This document shows positions 1 to 13,487 of a stretch of 64,000 nucleotides of DNA, one piece after another. Every line of letters begins with the position of its first letter. Within the stretch, counting starts at the first letter, position 1. Source of the stretch: Macrostomum lignano (Eukaryota). Below the pieces are notes generated by a model. It worked only from the letters and a program-made list of their open reading frames with translations, was not told where the DNA came from and ran no database searches. The translations under genes were made by a program, and so were the position numbers. The DNA lies in assembly GCA_002269645.1 (NCBI GenBank), contig NIVC01001008.1, positions 186,001 to 250,000 of the forward strand, given 5' to 3'.

Positions 1-1000
1 ATGTAGGTAAAGACCTCTCATACAGAGCAGTCAGTTGACGATGCTCTCCGTAGATGCGCGCCTTCTTCGTTCTGTCGTCTTTGCACTTGGCTAGGTCACT
101 CGATTGGTTCTTAGTTGGTAGTGGTGGTAGTTCACAGTACTCTTGTCTGTCGGAGTCGGTACCTGCAACCAATGCTCCCTGCTGTTTCAAATGTTTAAGG
201 TGTTCTTGTCCTCTCTCACGTAGAATATAGATACGAGCTAATGGTGAATACCACCTCGTCCTGTAAGAGTTTCGGCTGCGGTTCTATCAAAGTACGCCTT
301 GACTTTTTCCAGATCTGCTTCCTCGATCGGTAGAAACTGCTTAGTTGTTGACTCAGTGAAATTGATATTTTGTGGCTGTAAATTTTATTTCCAGTCTATC
401 GCTTTTTGTAACAGATGCTGGAATGGCACTTTTCAGTCGCGTCATCAAGGCCTAAATCTTTGTCTGTGGCCCACTGCACCAAGGCCTTCAAGTTTGTCTA
501 TGGTCGACTGGGTGCCAAATTTTAGTAGCATTAAGTAATGACCGATCTTGTATCTAATGGCCAGATAAAATGATTATAATTGGCTACTAGTATGCTATAT
601 ATAAAATGCAATTTTATAGTATGTTACGGCGTTAAGCCGGTGCGGCGAGAATCGCTGGCGAAGCGCACTCGTGTTATGGCCATTATTTAACTCCGTAACA
701 TACTATATAATCTACCATTAACTGCCCGCTAATTACGGTATTTCTTTACTGCAAGCGGGCTTAAGTGTAGTCTATGGCATTAAAAGGCAAAAGGTCATGG
801 TACAATCGCCAGTGCATCTGGAATCAACGAATAAAAAGGCAAGCAAGTTGATGGTTCGGCCATAGACACCAGCATAACTTGAATGACGCCAGCAGCAACC
901 GCTCTCATAGAAACCAGGATTAAATATCGACTTTCCATGCAGCAACGAACAAACGAATTTTTCTAGTGCGAATTATCTCAACTGAATTTGTCTATGGCTA
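1..1000 (-). mobile_element. Degraded Crypton-like (DUF3504 tyrosine recombinase) DNA transposon remnant, running off the window edge
   Basis: Manual minus-strand translation gives ...FLPIEEADLEKVKAYFDRTAAETL / QDEVVFTI (frameshift) / IYILRERGQEHLKHLKQQ...DSDRQEYCELPPLPTKNQSSD...KARIYGE. This resembles the recalled Crypton pattern LQxxVxF...RGxExLRxL...TKN...RMY. Frameshifts indicate decay. The upstream boundary is approximate. Confidence 0.5.
615..707. mobile_element. 93-bp foldback / tiny MITE-like element
   Basis: 21-bp inverted repeats with one mismatch: TATAGTATGTTACGGCGTTAA (615-635) and TTAACTCCGTAACATACTATA (687-707). Both ends are TA-bounded. Confidence 0.55.
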
Positions 1001-2448
1001 AACCTCAGCTAATTTCTAAGAAAACCGAGTGCAGCGTCATTCATTCTACTCCAGTTGTTCATGATGACATTTTGCTCCTCCATTTTTTGTTCAGTCTAAA
1101 AATTTGAAAGCAAACTTTAAGCGCCCTTGAGTGCACTTAGCTGTCAGAAAAAGCCATTGACTCGTAGACTCCTTATATCCCTAGCTAACCATTCGTTGAT
1201 CTGCCAGGCTAAAACAGAAAATGAGTAGCCCGAAAAAAGCTTATAAATGGTTCCCTAACTAGCTGCATCGCGGGTTGCTAGCTGCATGCATGCTAAGCAG
1301 GATCCGCCCCCCTGTCTGCCTCCTCCTGCCCGCCTGCTCATGTCCCCTACCGGCCCCGCACTTTCTGGCCAAAACCATAGCCAAAGCCTTGCCGCCTTCT
1401 CCAACCGGCCTGAGCTTGTACCTACCCGCACTACCTTCTCCCCTTTTTCCTCCTCAGCCGGGGGCTGGCTGGCCTCCCATACCCCCGACAGGCGAGTCCT
1501 CAGTACTCTCAGCCCGAGAGAGTTAGACCTGCAGCATCCCCAATTTGCATGGCACCCTGACTTTACCTTCTTCCCCCTCCCAACTACACTTTTCTGTCTC
1601 TGTTTCTGTCTCTCCCCACCCCTACCCCTCACTCCCAACCCCCCATGTCCTTCTCCACCGTTTAACTGCAAGAATTGCCAAAACTGCAAACTGCGTCACA
1701 CCTCCCCATCTCCAGTCCAACCAAACTGCCGGTCCCCTCAGGAAAGACCTTGATTGCATCTTACCCCGCTTCCCCCAAGCCTCCATCTGTCTATCCTCAA
1801 CATCATTGTCAGAAGCAGCAACAGCAGCAGCAATAGCCATAAAGCAATTGCAGTCCCCCTCATCCTATTCACCCAGCTGCCAGCAGCTGCAGTTGCCTCC
1901 CCATGGCTCTCAGCAGTCTTCTTCTATTGCTCGGGCTTAGAGGCGAGCCTTAGTTACGCTGCCTTCCTTAAAACACAGAAGCTGCCGGAGTTTGGCACAA
2001 CAATAAGCCTAATTCTGCCTCATTGTCTCCAAGCCAGCCCCGGTTCTTCTCTGCGCCATCCGGAGGAACAATAGTTCCACGCGAAGGCCAGTCAACTCCC
2101 GCCACCAGAAGGAGCAGGGCGGGGCTGCTGCCGCCTGTCAGAATTTTATCCCGGCAAACCTCTCGCGCCGAGAGTTGCTGACAGCGAAGAGAAACTGGAA
2201 CAATTTTAAGATAGGAACAGCAGCGCTACGAGCCGCATTGAATTATAAACTCTGGTGAGTAGCACAATGCAATCATTTTTTTCCTGACTGACGAAAATCA
2301 TGAAAGCTCCACTAGCTGGCACACAGATCCCAACTGAGGCCCTAAAGTCAGGCAAAAAAACTACAAAATGTAAACAAACCAACACTCGATAAAATTTGCA
2401 TGGATTACACTAGCAAGCTGCTATAAATAATTTGTCCATTTAGGTTGC

Positions 2449-3100
2449 ATGTAGACTAGATTAGCAATCCATTCTATTCCTGCATCGATGATGTAGGCTA
2501 GATTAGCAATCCATTCTATTCCTGTATCCATGATGTAGGCTAGATTAGCAATCCATTCTATTCCTGCATCCATGATGTAGGCTAGATTAGCAATCCATTC
2601 TATTCCTTCATCCATGATGCAGGCTAGATTAGCAATCCATTCTATTCCTGCATCCATGATGTAGGCTAGATTAGCAATCCATTCTATTCCTGCATCCATG
2701 ATGTAGGCTAGATTAGCAATCCATTCTATTCCTGCATCCATGATGTAGGCTAGATTAGCAATCCATTCTGTTCCTGCATCCATGATGTAGGCTAGATTAG
2801 CAATCCATTCTGTTCCTGCATCCATGATGTAGGCTAGATTAGCAATCCATTCTATTCCTGCATCCATGATGTAGGCTAGATTAGCAATCCATTCTGTTCC
2901 TGCATCCATGATGTAGGCTAGATTAGCAATCCATTCTATTCCTGCACCCATGATGTAGGCTAGATTAGCAATCCATTCTATTCCTGCACCCATGATGTAG
3001 GCTAGATTAGCAATCCATTCTATTCCTGCATCCATGATGTAGGCTAGATTAGCAATCCATTCTATTCCTGCATCCATGGTGTAGGCTAGATTAGCAATCC
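2449..3100. repeat. 42-bp minisatellite (~15 units)
   Basis: Unit ATGTAGGCTAGATTAGCAATCCATTCTATTCCTGCATCCATG; explains the repetitive ORF 2421-3305. Confidence 0.95.
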
Positions 3101-3702
3101 AACTGTACTCCAACATCCGCGAGCTGTGAAGTAACAATCCATTTACCGCAATCATCCCCCAGCGCTCACAGAAGACCTGCTCAAAGTACAAAAAAATCCA
3201 TTTTTGCCCTGAAGATCCGCCCTCAGGCAAGCAGGCTTTCAAGCAGAGTTGAGTATGCTTATGCCAAAGAAAATAAGTTTTCATGTGCCGCTTTATGTCG
3301 CTCATGAATTATTAATTAGCCGCTTCATCCAGGCCCGAGCAAGGATTGAAATGCGGAACTCCTCAGAAGGGTCAACCGGCAAAGCAACCTGTGTTCTCTC
3401 TGCTACCGAGAGAAGACAGCGCGCGGTAGAAGAAAGACAAGGGAGAAAAGTGCTGCGTGGAGTGGAATTCAGATGGGATATTCTCTGTCTCGCGGGATTT
3501 TAAGCTATCGTATAATTAATTTAGCATTATGCGAGCCACACGAACGATAATGATTTATTTCCCAAGCTCGACTTCAACCAGCTAAGAGTTTTCTCTCTTT
3601 TGGCCGGAAAAAATATTCTTGAGATTTGAAGCACGTGATCCTACTATAGTAGTGAGCGGTCACCGGTATGTCCAATCGATTCAAATCGATTCAATCGATC
3701 CA

Positions 3703-4304
<602 letters not shown>

Positions 4305-5417
4305 GCTTGAGCAGCCAGTGTCCTGAGCAGCATGCCCGCAAGAGCTTCATCATTTATCAGCATCACTCCAGCTCTCCAGTCCCTCCATGTCAAACAAACT
4401 CGCCTGGAAATTAAATTTCGAACTCAGCTCAAAAAGCCGGCAACCACGCGAGTTTCTGACGCGGCTCCTGTGCAGCTCAGAGAAGTCTCCATGAACGCAA
4501 TAAACCTGTCACATGGGCTCTGCGCCGCAATTTGATGGGTTCCCCAATCCTAACTTAATTAATCTGGAATGCGAAATCCAGCAGTCAATGCGGCACTAAT
4601 TATTCATCCCCGGGGCGCTGGGGTGCATGGGATGAAATAAGTCAGGGATTGTTGACTCCACCGCCTCAGCCTCCACAGGGCAGCGTCTTAACAACTTGAT
4701 TTTGTCAAGATGGAATGTCAAGCCAAACTACCAGTAGGAATAGCCTGGATTGCTAACCTAGACTATAGCCTACGGATTAAGGAATAGAATGGATTGCTAA
4801 TCTATGACTGTAGCCTACTGATTAAGGAATATGGATAGAATGGATTGACCTACGATGTAGAGAGTATCCACGCGAGCCTCCGTACATACACTGAAATCTT
4901 TCTTTAGCAGCCATCTTGCACTCCGGTGGCTGGCATTAATTCTTGCCTGCAGAAAGGAGCCGGAGTCTCTCTATCTCGCTCTCTTCAATCGAGTCTTCTG
5001 CAGAGATTTCCTTCCGTCCGTGCTATTTTTGCTGGCGCCGTTCCTTCTGACTGGGATTTTTTCACTTACCCGGAAAATGATGATGCCGCAGGAGTCTCTA
5101 AGGACCTGGCGGCTGCTGCTGCTGCTCCGCCTTTTACAGCCTTCGGCGCTTCTTTGTAGGAGCGGCAAAAATGAAATGACACGCGAAAGGAGAATTAGCG
5201 CCTCAGGCAAGAGCCCAGCTCTGGTTACTCCTTCAGCTCTCATGCTCCCGAAATCCTCGGAGACCCGAACGGCGCCGCCCCTCTGGTGCACCGAGCCGCT
5301 CGCGATCCGGCCGATGCCTGTCTGACACTTGCCTCATTTTTTCCTGCTTCTAGGGGGAATTAGATTTTTCTGCTGGCAAAATAACTTTTGCATTTTTAGC
5401 GCATATCTGCGGGCTGT

Positions 5418-5912
5418 CCTACTTATCCTATCCCATCGTATCCTATCCTATCCTATTCTATCCTATTCTATCCTATCCTATTCTATCTTATCGTATCCTA
5501 TCCTATCCTATCTTATCCTATCCTATCCTATCCTGTCCTATCCTATCCTTCCTATTTTTACAATATCCTATCCTATCCTATCCTGTCCTATTTTTACAAT
5601 ATCCTATCCTATCCTATCCTGTCCTATCCTATCCTTCCTATTTTTACAATATCCTATTCTATCCTATCCTGTCCTATCCTATCCTATCCTTCCTATTTTT
5701 ACAATATCCTATCCTATCCTATCCTGTCCTATCCTATCCTATCCTTCCTATTTTTACAATATCCTATCCTATCCTGTCCTGTCCTATCCTATCCTATCCT
5801 TTCCTATTCTATATTATCCTATCCTATCCTATTCTACAATATCCAATCCTATGCCATCCTATTCTATACTGTCCTATCCTACCCTATCCTATTCTACAAT
5901 ATCCTATCCTAT
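5418..5912. repeat. Degenerate (TATCC)n pentamer satellite
   Basis: TATCC/TATTC/TGTCC runs interrupted by a recurring TTCCTATTTTTACAA segment. Confidence 0.92.
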
Positions 5913-6898
5913 ACTGCCCCACCTTTGAGAGATTTCAATCTGGACAGAATATTGAAGTGGAGATTGCGATCAGCCTGTTGTGTTTTTCTCTCCCCCAGCC
6001 CAGCCAGCGGCACGCAGCTGCTCTATCCGGCGGGAGGACAGAGATTGATTTTGTTTCATTGCCATGGCTAACCGAAGAGAATTCCTCGAATCGAGGAGCT
6101 CTCTTGACCGGGCCCGGGGCCCTGCGGATCATAAAATGTCCGACTGTCCCCGTTGCCTCATTCTCTCCGGCCAATAAATTTGCTTTCAGCAGGTTGGCTA
6201 CACTGAGAGCTTGAGCGATAATACGAATATGATGCCCAGACAAGGACATCTAAAGCTCCGTGGGGGGGGGATAGTTCCAGATCTCCATGACCAAGATCAG
6301 CTCCCGCCTAGCTGGCAGGCGGCAGATACGGCAGGCATTATCCACTCAGCCCTGCTCTAAATCCGCTCAGCCGCGGGGTCGCCTAAGGAGGAAGCTCTGG
6401 CTGTCTTAAAACAACACGCGCTCACACAGCACTGCCTGGAACCAAGCGACACAGGGAGACACAGAAAGTTCTGCCCCATCGCCACCCACCACTAAAGCTC
6501 GCATCGATCCCGCCCTGTCTGGCCGGTTTCACACTTCTGTGACGGAATTTTCAGCTACAGGGCTAAGGAAGCGCAGCGTATAGCGCAGCCATGCAAGAAC
6601 GCGATCGCTGGGGAACGGGCTCATAATGAGGATCATTCGCTCAGGGCGGAGAGAGAGGGGTCTCCCCTAGAAGCAGCAGCACCAGCCAATCTGCTGATTG
6701 CAGCCTCCCTTCTTTCCGCCTTCTCCCTCCAATAATTTCTCAACGCTTTCTCCAAGCCCATTTCCAAACTGAGCGCTGCTGTCCGTCACTCACTGGCTCA
6801 GCTTGTCAGACTGTATTTAAGCAGACCCACAGTTGGCAGACTCAACCAGACAATCCCATCCTGCTCTTCTCGCGCACAGCTCAACAGAGACAGAGCCG

Positions 6899-7301
6899 AT
6901 GCAGTCCAAAACCAACGGCGGCGGCGGCGGCGGCAGCGGCGACGGAAACGCGGCAACGTCGCACAACACGGACCGGGAGACCAGACTCAGCCTGGGAGTC
7001 GAGCTCGCGCCCATCTCTCCGCTGGAGCTGCTGAACGGCGGCAGCAGCGGCAAGCTGGGCGACGGGTCCGATGGCGACGAGCTGCTGACGCCGGACCCGC
7101 CAACAGTGGTGATCGACTCCGAGGACAGCCCGCCGACGGCCAAGCAGAAGCGGATCGCCAGAGTGGTCATGGCGGTGGCCTTCGTGCTGCTGGCCATGTG
7201 CGTCATCCTGGTTGGCGTCACGCTGTCCATGTCTGACCACATCGATGATCTGGGTGAGCGAGGCTTGCGGCTCATTGTGGCTGAGAGGGGTGTCAACAGA
7301 T

Positions 7302-7342
<41 letters not shown>

Positions 7343-7937
7343 CAGATAAACACACAGAGAGGCAGATAAACACACAGAGAGGCAGATAAAAACACAGAGG
7401 CAGATAAACACACAGAGGCAGATAAACACACAGAGAGGCAGATAAACACACAGAGAGGCAGATAAACACACAGAGAGGCAGATAAACACACAGAGAGGCA
7501 GATAAACACACAGAGGCAGATAAACACACAGAGAGGCAGATAAACACATAGAGAGGAAGATAACACACAGAGAGGCAGATAAACACACAGAGGCAGATAA
7601 ACACACAGAGGCAGATAAACACACAGAGAGGCAGATAAACACACAGAGAGGCAGATAAACACACAGAGAGGCAGATAAACACACAGAGAGGCAGATAAAC
7701 ACACAGAGAGGCAGATAAACACACAGAGAGGCAGATAAACACACAGAGAGGCAGATAAACACACAGAGAGGCAGATAAACACACAGAGAGGCAGGTCAGA
7801 GGTGCTGCACTCGGCCCGCCAATTTTCCAGTTCGGAAGGCGCAGCTCAAAGACAAGGGCGACCGTCAGCCGCAGCAGCATCAGCAGCCGGTGCTTGAGAA
7901 CGCCACAGTCTCAGTTGCAGCTGGCATAAGCGACTGA
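6899..7937 (+). CDS. Small single-pass (type II) membrane protein, 153 aa, join(6899..7253,7831..7937)
   Basis: Acceptor CACAG ends at 6879 and ATG is at 6899. The exon encodes MQSKTNGGG...KQKRIAR-VVMAVAFVLLAMCVILVGVTL-SMSDHIDDL. Donor G|GTGAG at 7254, acceptor TTTTCCAG at 7830. The phase-1 join reads VRKAQLKDKGDRQPQQHQQPVLENATVSVAAGISD-stop (TGA 7935-7937). Strong GC3 codon bias. Confidence 0.8.
7308..7794. repeat. (GA)n followed by an 18-20-bp minisatellite, filling the intron
   Basis: GA run at 7308-7341, then units of GAGGCAGATAAACACACAGA. Confidence 0.95.
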
Positions 7938-8218
7938 GCAGTTTGCGGTGGTGTCTCGGTCTGGCAATTTCTCCTTGCCATCTTTATTTGTCGGACTGTG
8001 CCCTCCAACTGTAACTGAATCGAGCTCGCGTCTACTGCATGTCATTCTGTTTGATTTCAAAACGCTGCTGTGCTGCCTGCGGATATGAGAAAATGGTTTA
8101 GGGTCCACTGACACAGCGGCAAGTCTACCTGACACAGAAACAGACTTTATAATCCTTAAGCGGGAAATACATTTCCCGGATGTATTTCCTATGGACAGAT
8201 ATAACTATTCTATAGCTC

Positions 8219-9035
8219 CTACTGACACAGGCATTGATCCTACTGACACAGATAATGATCCTACTGACACAAATAATGATACTTACTGACAGATAGTGAT
8301 CCTACTGACAGATAGTGATCCTACTGACAGATAGTGAACCTACTGACAGATAGTGAACCTACTGACAGATAGTGAACCTACTGACACAGATAGTGAACCT
8401 ACTGACAGATAGTGAACCTACTGACAGATAGTGAACCTACTGACAGATAGTGAACCTACTGACAGATAGTGATCCTACTGACAGATAGTGAACCTACTGA
8501 CAGATAGTGAACCTACTGACAGATAGTGAACCCACTGACAGATAGTGAACCTACTGACAGATAGTGAACCTACTGACAGATAGTGAACCTACTGACAGAT
8601 AGTGATCCTACTGACACAGATAGTGATCCCACTGATACAGATAGGGATCCTACTGACACAGATAGTGATCCCACTGATACAGATAGGGATTCTACTGACA
8701 CAGATAGTGATCCCACTGATACAGATAGGGATCCTACTGACACAGATAGTGATCCCACTGATACAGATAGGGATCCTACTGACACAGATAGTGATCCTAC
8801 TGACAGATAGTGATCCTACTGACACAGATAGTGATCCCACTGATACAGATAGGGATCCTCCTGACACAGATAATGATCCTACTGACACAGATAGTGATCC
8901 CACTGATACAGATAGTGATCCACTGACACAGATGGTGATCCTACTGACACAGATATTGATCCTATTGACACAGATAGCGATCCTACTGACACAGATAGCG
9001 ATCCTATTGACACAGATAGTGATCCCACTGAAACA
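8219..9035. repeat. 19/21-bp minisatellite
   Basis: Units CCTACTGACAGATAGTGA(A/T) and CCTACTGACACAGATAGTGAT. Confidence 0.93.
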
Positions 9036-9727
9036 TAGATTAACTATAGCACCCACTGACCCTCCTGACACAGCCCCATCACTTCCGCCGGACCCTGAAG
9101 CAATTAATTCAATCTGCCAGCAGAACTTCAGCATGCAAGCAATTTGTATTTGATTTCTTCAAATTCATTTTTTCGTTCTTCTTGCCTTGAATACGAGAAG
9201 CAGACACAATATAAATGTTCTCTGTTTCCGGATTAAGAATAACACAACTGCTGCAAGCCATGTTAGAAATGATATTTTTTGTTAATCTGCTTCAATATTT
9301 CACGCTGAATTTTTGCTATACTTTTCTGTGCTGCCATTCGCCTGTCTGCCTGAGTTCGTCCGCCTTTGAAGCTCTTTTGTTCTCTTGTCTGCGAGTTTAT
9401 ATTTTTCATTGTTTGCGTCTGTCACATGAGCTGTCGCGGTTGTCAACTGTTTTAACAATAACTGCAAATATTTCAACCCCCCCTCTTACACAAAAATAAT
9501 CTGATTGGCTTTGTAAATTATTTGCATTTACCTGCAAGTCGAATATTTATTAAATACGTATCTGAGCTACTACCCCCACTCATGCACATCTTTTCCTTGT
9601 GTTCTTCTTCCCTTCGATAAGGGGAGATTAAAAAATTGTCCGTTCTGGCTTTAGACTCTTTGTTTTGTAATTCTGCTATGATACTAATCTTAAACTCTTT
9701 GTCTAGGCACCTTTTCTAGTCTCTCTC

Positions 9728-10100
9728 CTAATCCCGATCTAATCCCGATCTAATCCCGATCTAATCCAACTCTAATCCCAATCTAATCCCAATCTAATCC
9801 CAATCTAATCCCAATCTAATCCCAATCTAATTCCAATCTAATCCCAGTATATTCCGATATAATCCCAATCTAATCCCAATCTAGATCTAGATCTAATTAC
9901 AGTCTAATCCGATCTAATCCTGATCTAATCCAACTCTAATCTAACTTTAATCCTAATCTAATCCCAATCTAATATCATCTAATCCAGATCTAATTACAGT
10001 CTAATCCGATCTAATCCTGATCTAATCCTGATCTAATCCCACTCTAATCTAACTCTAATCCTAATCTAATCCCGATCTAGTCCAAAACTAATCCCGATCT
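9728..10100. repeat. Degenerate 11-bp repeat
   Basis: CTAATCCCAAT / CTAATCCCGAT units. Confidence 0.88.
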
Positions 10101-10289
10101 ACCTTGACGTAACCAAATTTTTTCTCCCCTTCCACTTCAGATCTAAACTACGCTCGTGTACTGTTGCAGCTTTTCTCATTTCCTACCCTCGCGATCCCAG
10201 TGCAGCTCTATTATTCCGTATTTAGTTCAGCTTATTGCACTTGGTTGGACTATAACTACTGTATACTAAGACTACTTCTTTTAGAAGTG

Positions 10290-11810
10290 AGCCCACGAGC
10301 GCAGAATAAAAGCTTGAATGCTGTGTTTAGTCTCGTAACTAGCAATCTACGCCCCCCGTTGGGGAGCCAAAGAAATGCAATACATGTTTTTTTAATAAGC
10401 TACATGTAGCCTTGAAATCTTAAAAAATCTCCTGTCAAACTTCTAACCCTAACCAAAACCCTAAATTCAATATTTTGTCCATGAGTTTTTGCATGATCGA
10501 TGCTTCTATGATTTTTGGCATGACGCTTCCATTGTTTTTGCATGACGCTTCCATGATAAACATTTTTAATAAGGTACATGAGCTAAGTTATAAGCTACCT
10601 TAACCCTAACCCTAACCCAAATCTTAACATAATAACCCTGAACCTAACCTTAAACCTAAACCCTAATACCAACCCTAACACTAACCCTACAGCCTGACAT
10701 CTGCATAAGTTTGTGAAGTGCTAGTAGTATTTTTTAGCTTAGTATCTTAGCGTTAGGGAGCCAAAAATGCAGTACAAGTTTTGTAATAAACTACATGTAG
10801 CATCTCTTTGCAATATACCTCAGAAGTCCCTTGTAAGCCTTGAAATGTCAGTAATTCCCCCCACAAGCTTTAACAAATCAACTTCCCCCCTTGACATCCC
10901 AGCGATGCCCCCAAAAAGCCTTGAAATCTAAAAAAAATCTGTCAACCTTCTAACCCTAACCCTAACCCTAACCCTAGCCTAACCCTAACCCTAACCCTAA
11001 CCCTAACCCTAACCCTAACCTAACCCTAAAGCATTGAAATTTCAGTAATTCTCTCTAAGAGTCATTACAGCACTACTACAGCATTATAGCGATTCCCTGC
11101 AAGCCTCGACATCGTAGGGATTCCCAAATGAATCTCTTAACTTTGACATGAAGCTTCTTTTATTTTTACATTACGCTTTTTCTATCAGCGAGCCCTGAGG
11201 AGTCAACAAATAATGGAATAAAAAGTTTTCAATAAACTACATGTAGCTTCTGACTTAAGCCTTGAAATCTTATTTATACCCCCGTGAGCCTTGACATCTC
11301 AGCTATTCCCCCCCGTAAGCCTTGACATGTCAGCGATGCCCCCCCATAAATCTTGAAATCTAAAAAATCCCTTGTTAACCTTGAAACCCGATAAAATATA
11401 ACCCTCAACCCACACTTGACCTAAACCTAACTTTAACCCAACCTAAAGCCTTGAAATCTCAGCAATTCTTCTCCCCTAAGCCTTAACATTTTAGTGATTC
11501 CTTCTTTAAGAATCAAGCACTATAACGATTTCCACCAAGCTTTGACATCGTAGCAATTCCCAAATGAATCTTTTAACTTCGACATGACTTTTCTTTTATG
11601 TATACATAGTGCTCCTTTTATTTTTTACATGACTCTTCTTCTATCAGCGCCCCCCCCCGTGGCGAGCCAACAAAGAATGTAATTAAAAAATTGAGTAAAG
11701 TACATGAACTTTGAAGTAGCTTCTGACTTTTGCTTTGACATCTCAGAACCCCCCCCCCCTGTAATCTCAGTTATTCTCTGTGAGCCTTGACGTCTCAGTA
11801 ATTCTCCCAA
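10290..11810. repeat. Degenerate ~450-bp tandem units carrying telomere-like (CCCTAA)n tracts
   Basis: The block GAGCC(A)A...AATAAACTACATGTAGC...GCCTTGAAATCT...TAACCC recurs near 10360, 10755, 11190 and 11655. The purest TAACCC run is 10951-11028. Confidence 0.7.
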
Positions 11811-11847
11811 GAACAGTGCTGTACTATAGCTTCATTTAATTTTTATA

Positions 11848-13487
11848 TGACACCTTTCATGTCTGACATGACGCTTCTTTTGATTTTTACATGACGCTTC
11901 TTATATTCTTCCATTTTGCTTCTTAATTTTTTTAATGACACTTTCATTAGTTTTTATATGAGGCTTCTATGATTTTTTCATGACGCTTCTATGATTTTTA
12001 CACGACGCTTCTATGATTGTTTGCATGACGCTTCTATTATGGTTTGCATGACGCTTGTATGATTTTTACATGACGCTTCTATGATTGTTTGCATGACGCT
12101 TCTACGATTGTTTATATGACGCTTCTATGATTTTTACACGACGCTTCTATGATTGTTTGCATGGCGCTTCTATGATTGTTTACATGACGCTTCTATGATT
12201 GTTTACATGACGCTACTATGATTTTTACATGACGCTTCTATTTTTTTTCATGACGCTTCTATGATTGTTTACATGACGCTTCTATGATTTTTTACATGAC
12301 ACTTCTATGATTTTTACATGACGCTTCTCCGATTTTTACATGACGCTTCTATGCTTTTTTAAATGACGCTTCTATGATTTTTTTACATGACGCTTCTATG
12401 ATTTTTATATGACGCTTCTACGATTGTTTACATGACGCTTCTATGATTTTTTACATGACGCTTCTATGATTTTTACATGACGCTTCTATGATTGTTTACA
12501 TGACGCTTCTATGATTTTTTACATGACGCTTCTATTATTTTTTCATGACGCTTTTATGATTGTTTGCATGACGCTTCTACGATTTTTTACATGACGCTTC
12601 TATGATTTTTTAAATGACACTTCAATGATTTTTTAAATGACGCTTCTATATTTTTATATGACGCTTTTTTTATTTTTACATAACGCTTTTAACGCTATGA
12701 TTTTTAAATGACGCTTCTATTATTTTTTCATGACGCTTCTATGATTTTTACATGACGCTTCTATGATTGTTTGCATGACGCTTCTACGATTGTTTACATG
12801 ACGCTTCTATGATTGTTTACATGACGCTTCTATGATTTTTAAATGACGCTTCTATTATTTTTTCATGACGCTTCTATGATTTTTACATGACGTTTCTATG
12901 ATTTTTATATGACGCTTCTACGATTGTTTACATGACGCTTCTATGATTTTTACATGACGCTTCTATGATTTTTTACATGACGCTTCTATGATTTTTTACA
13001 TGACGCTTCTATGATTCTTACATGACGCTTCTATGATTTTTTCATGTCGTTTCTATGATTTTTACATGACGCTTCTATGATTTTTACATGACGCTTCTCT
13101 GATTTTTACATGACGCTTCTCTGATTTTTACATGACGCTTCTATGATTTTTACATGACGCTTCTATGATTTTACATGACGCTTCTATGATTTTTCATGAC
13201 GCTTCTATGATTTTTTCATGACGCTTCTATGATTTTTCATGACGCTTTTATGATTTTTTTATGACGTTTCTATGATTTTTACATGACGCTTCTATGATTT
13301 TTTACATGACGCTTCTATGATTTTTACATGACGCTTCTATGATTTTTTCATGACGTTTCTATGATTTTTACATGACGCTTCTATGATTTTTACATGACGC
13401 TTCTCTGATTTTTACATGACGCTTCTCTGATTTTTACATGACGCTTCTATGATTTTTACATGACGCTTCTACGATTTTACATGACGC
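11848..13487. repeat. 22-24-bp minisatellite, ~1.6 kb
   Basis: Unit TTACATGACGCTTCTATGATTT(T) with a variable T-run. Confidence 0.97.

Noticed and set aside
1255-2074. Cluster of overlapping 70-155 aa ORFs
   Set aside because: C-rich, low-complexity sequence with no consistent codon bias or motif. More likely UTR or regulatory DNA; a donor-like GTGAGT at 2255 may end a non-coding exon.
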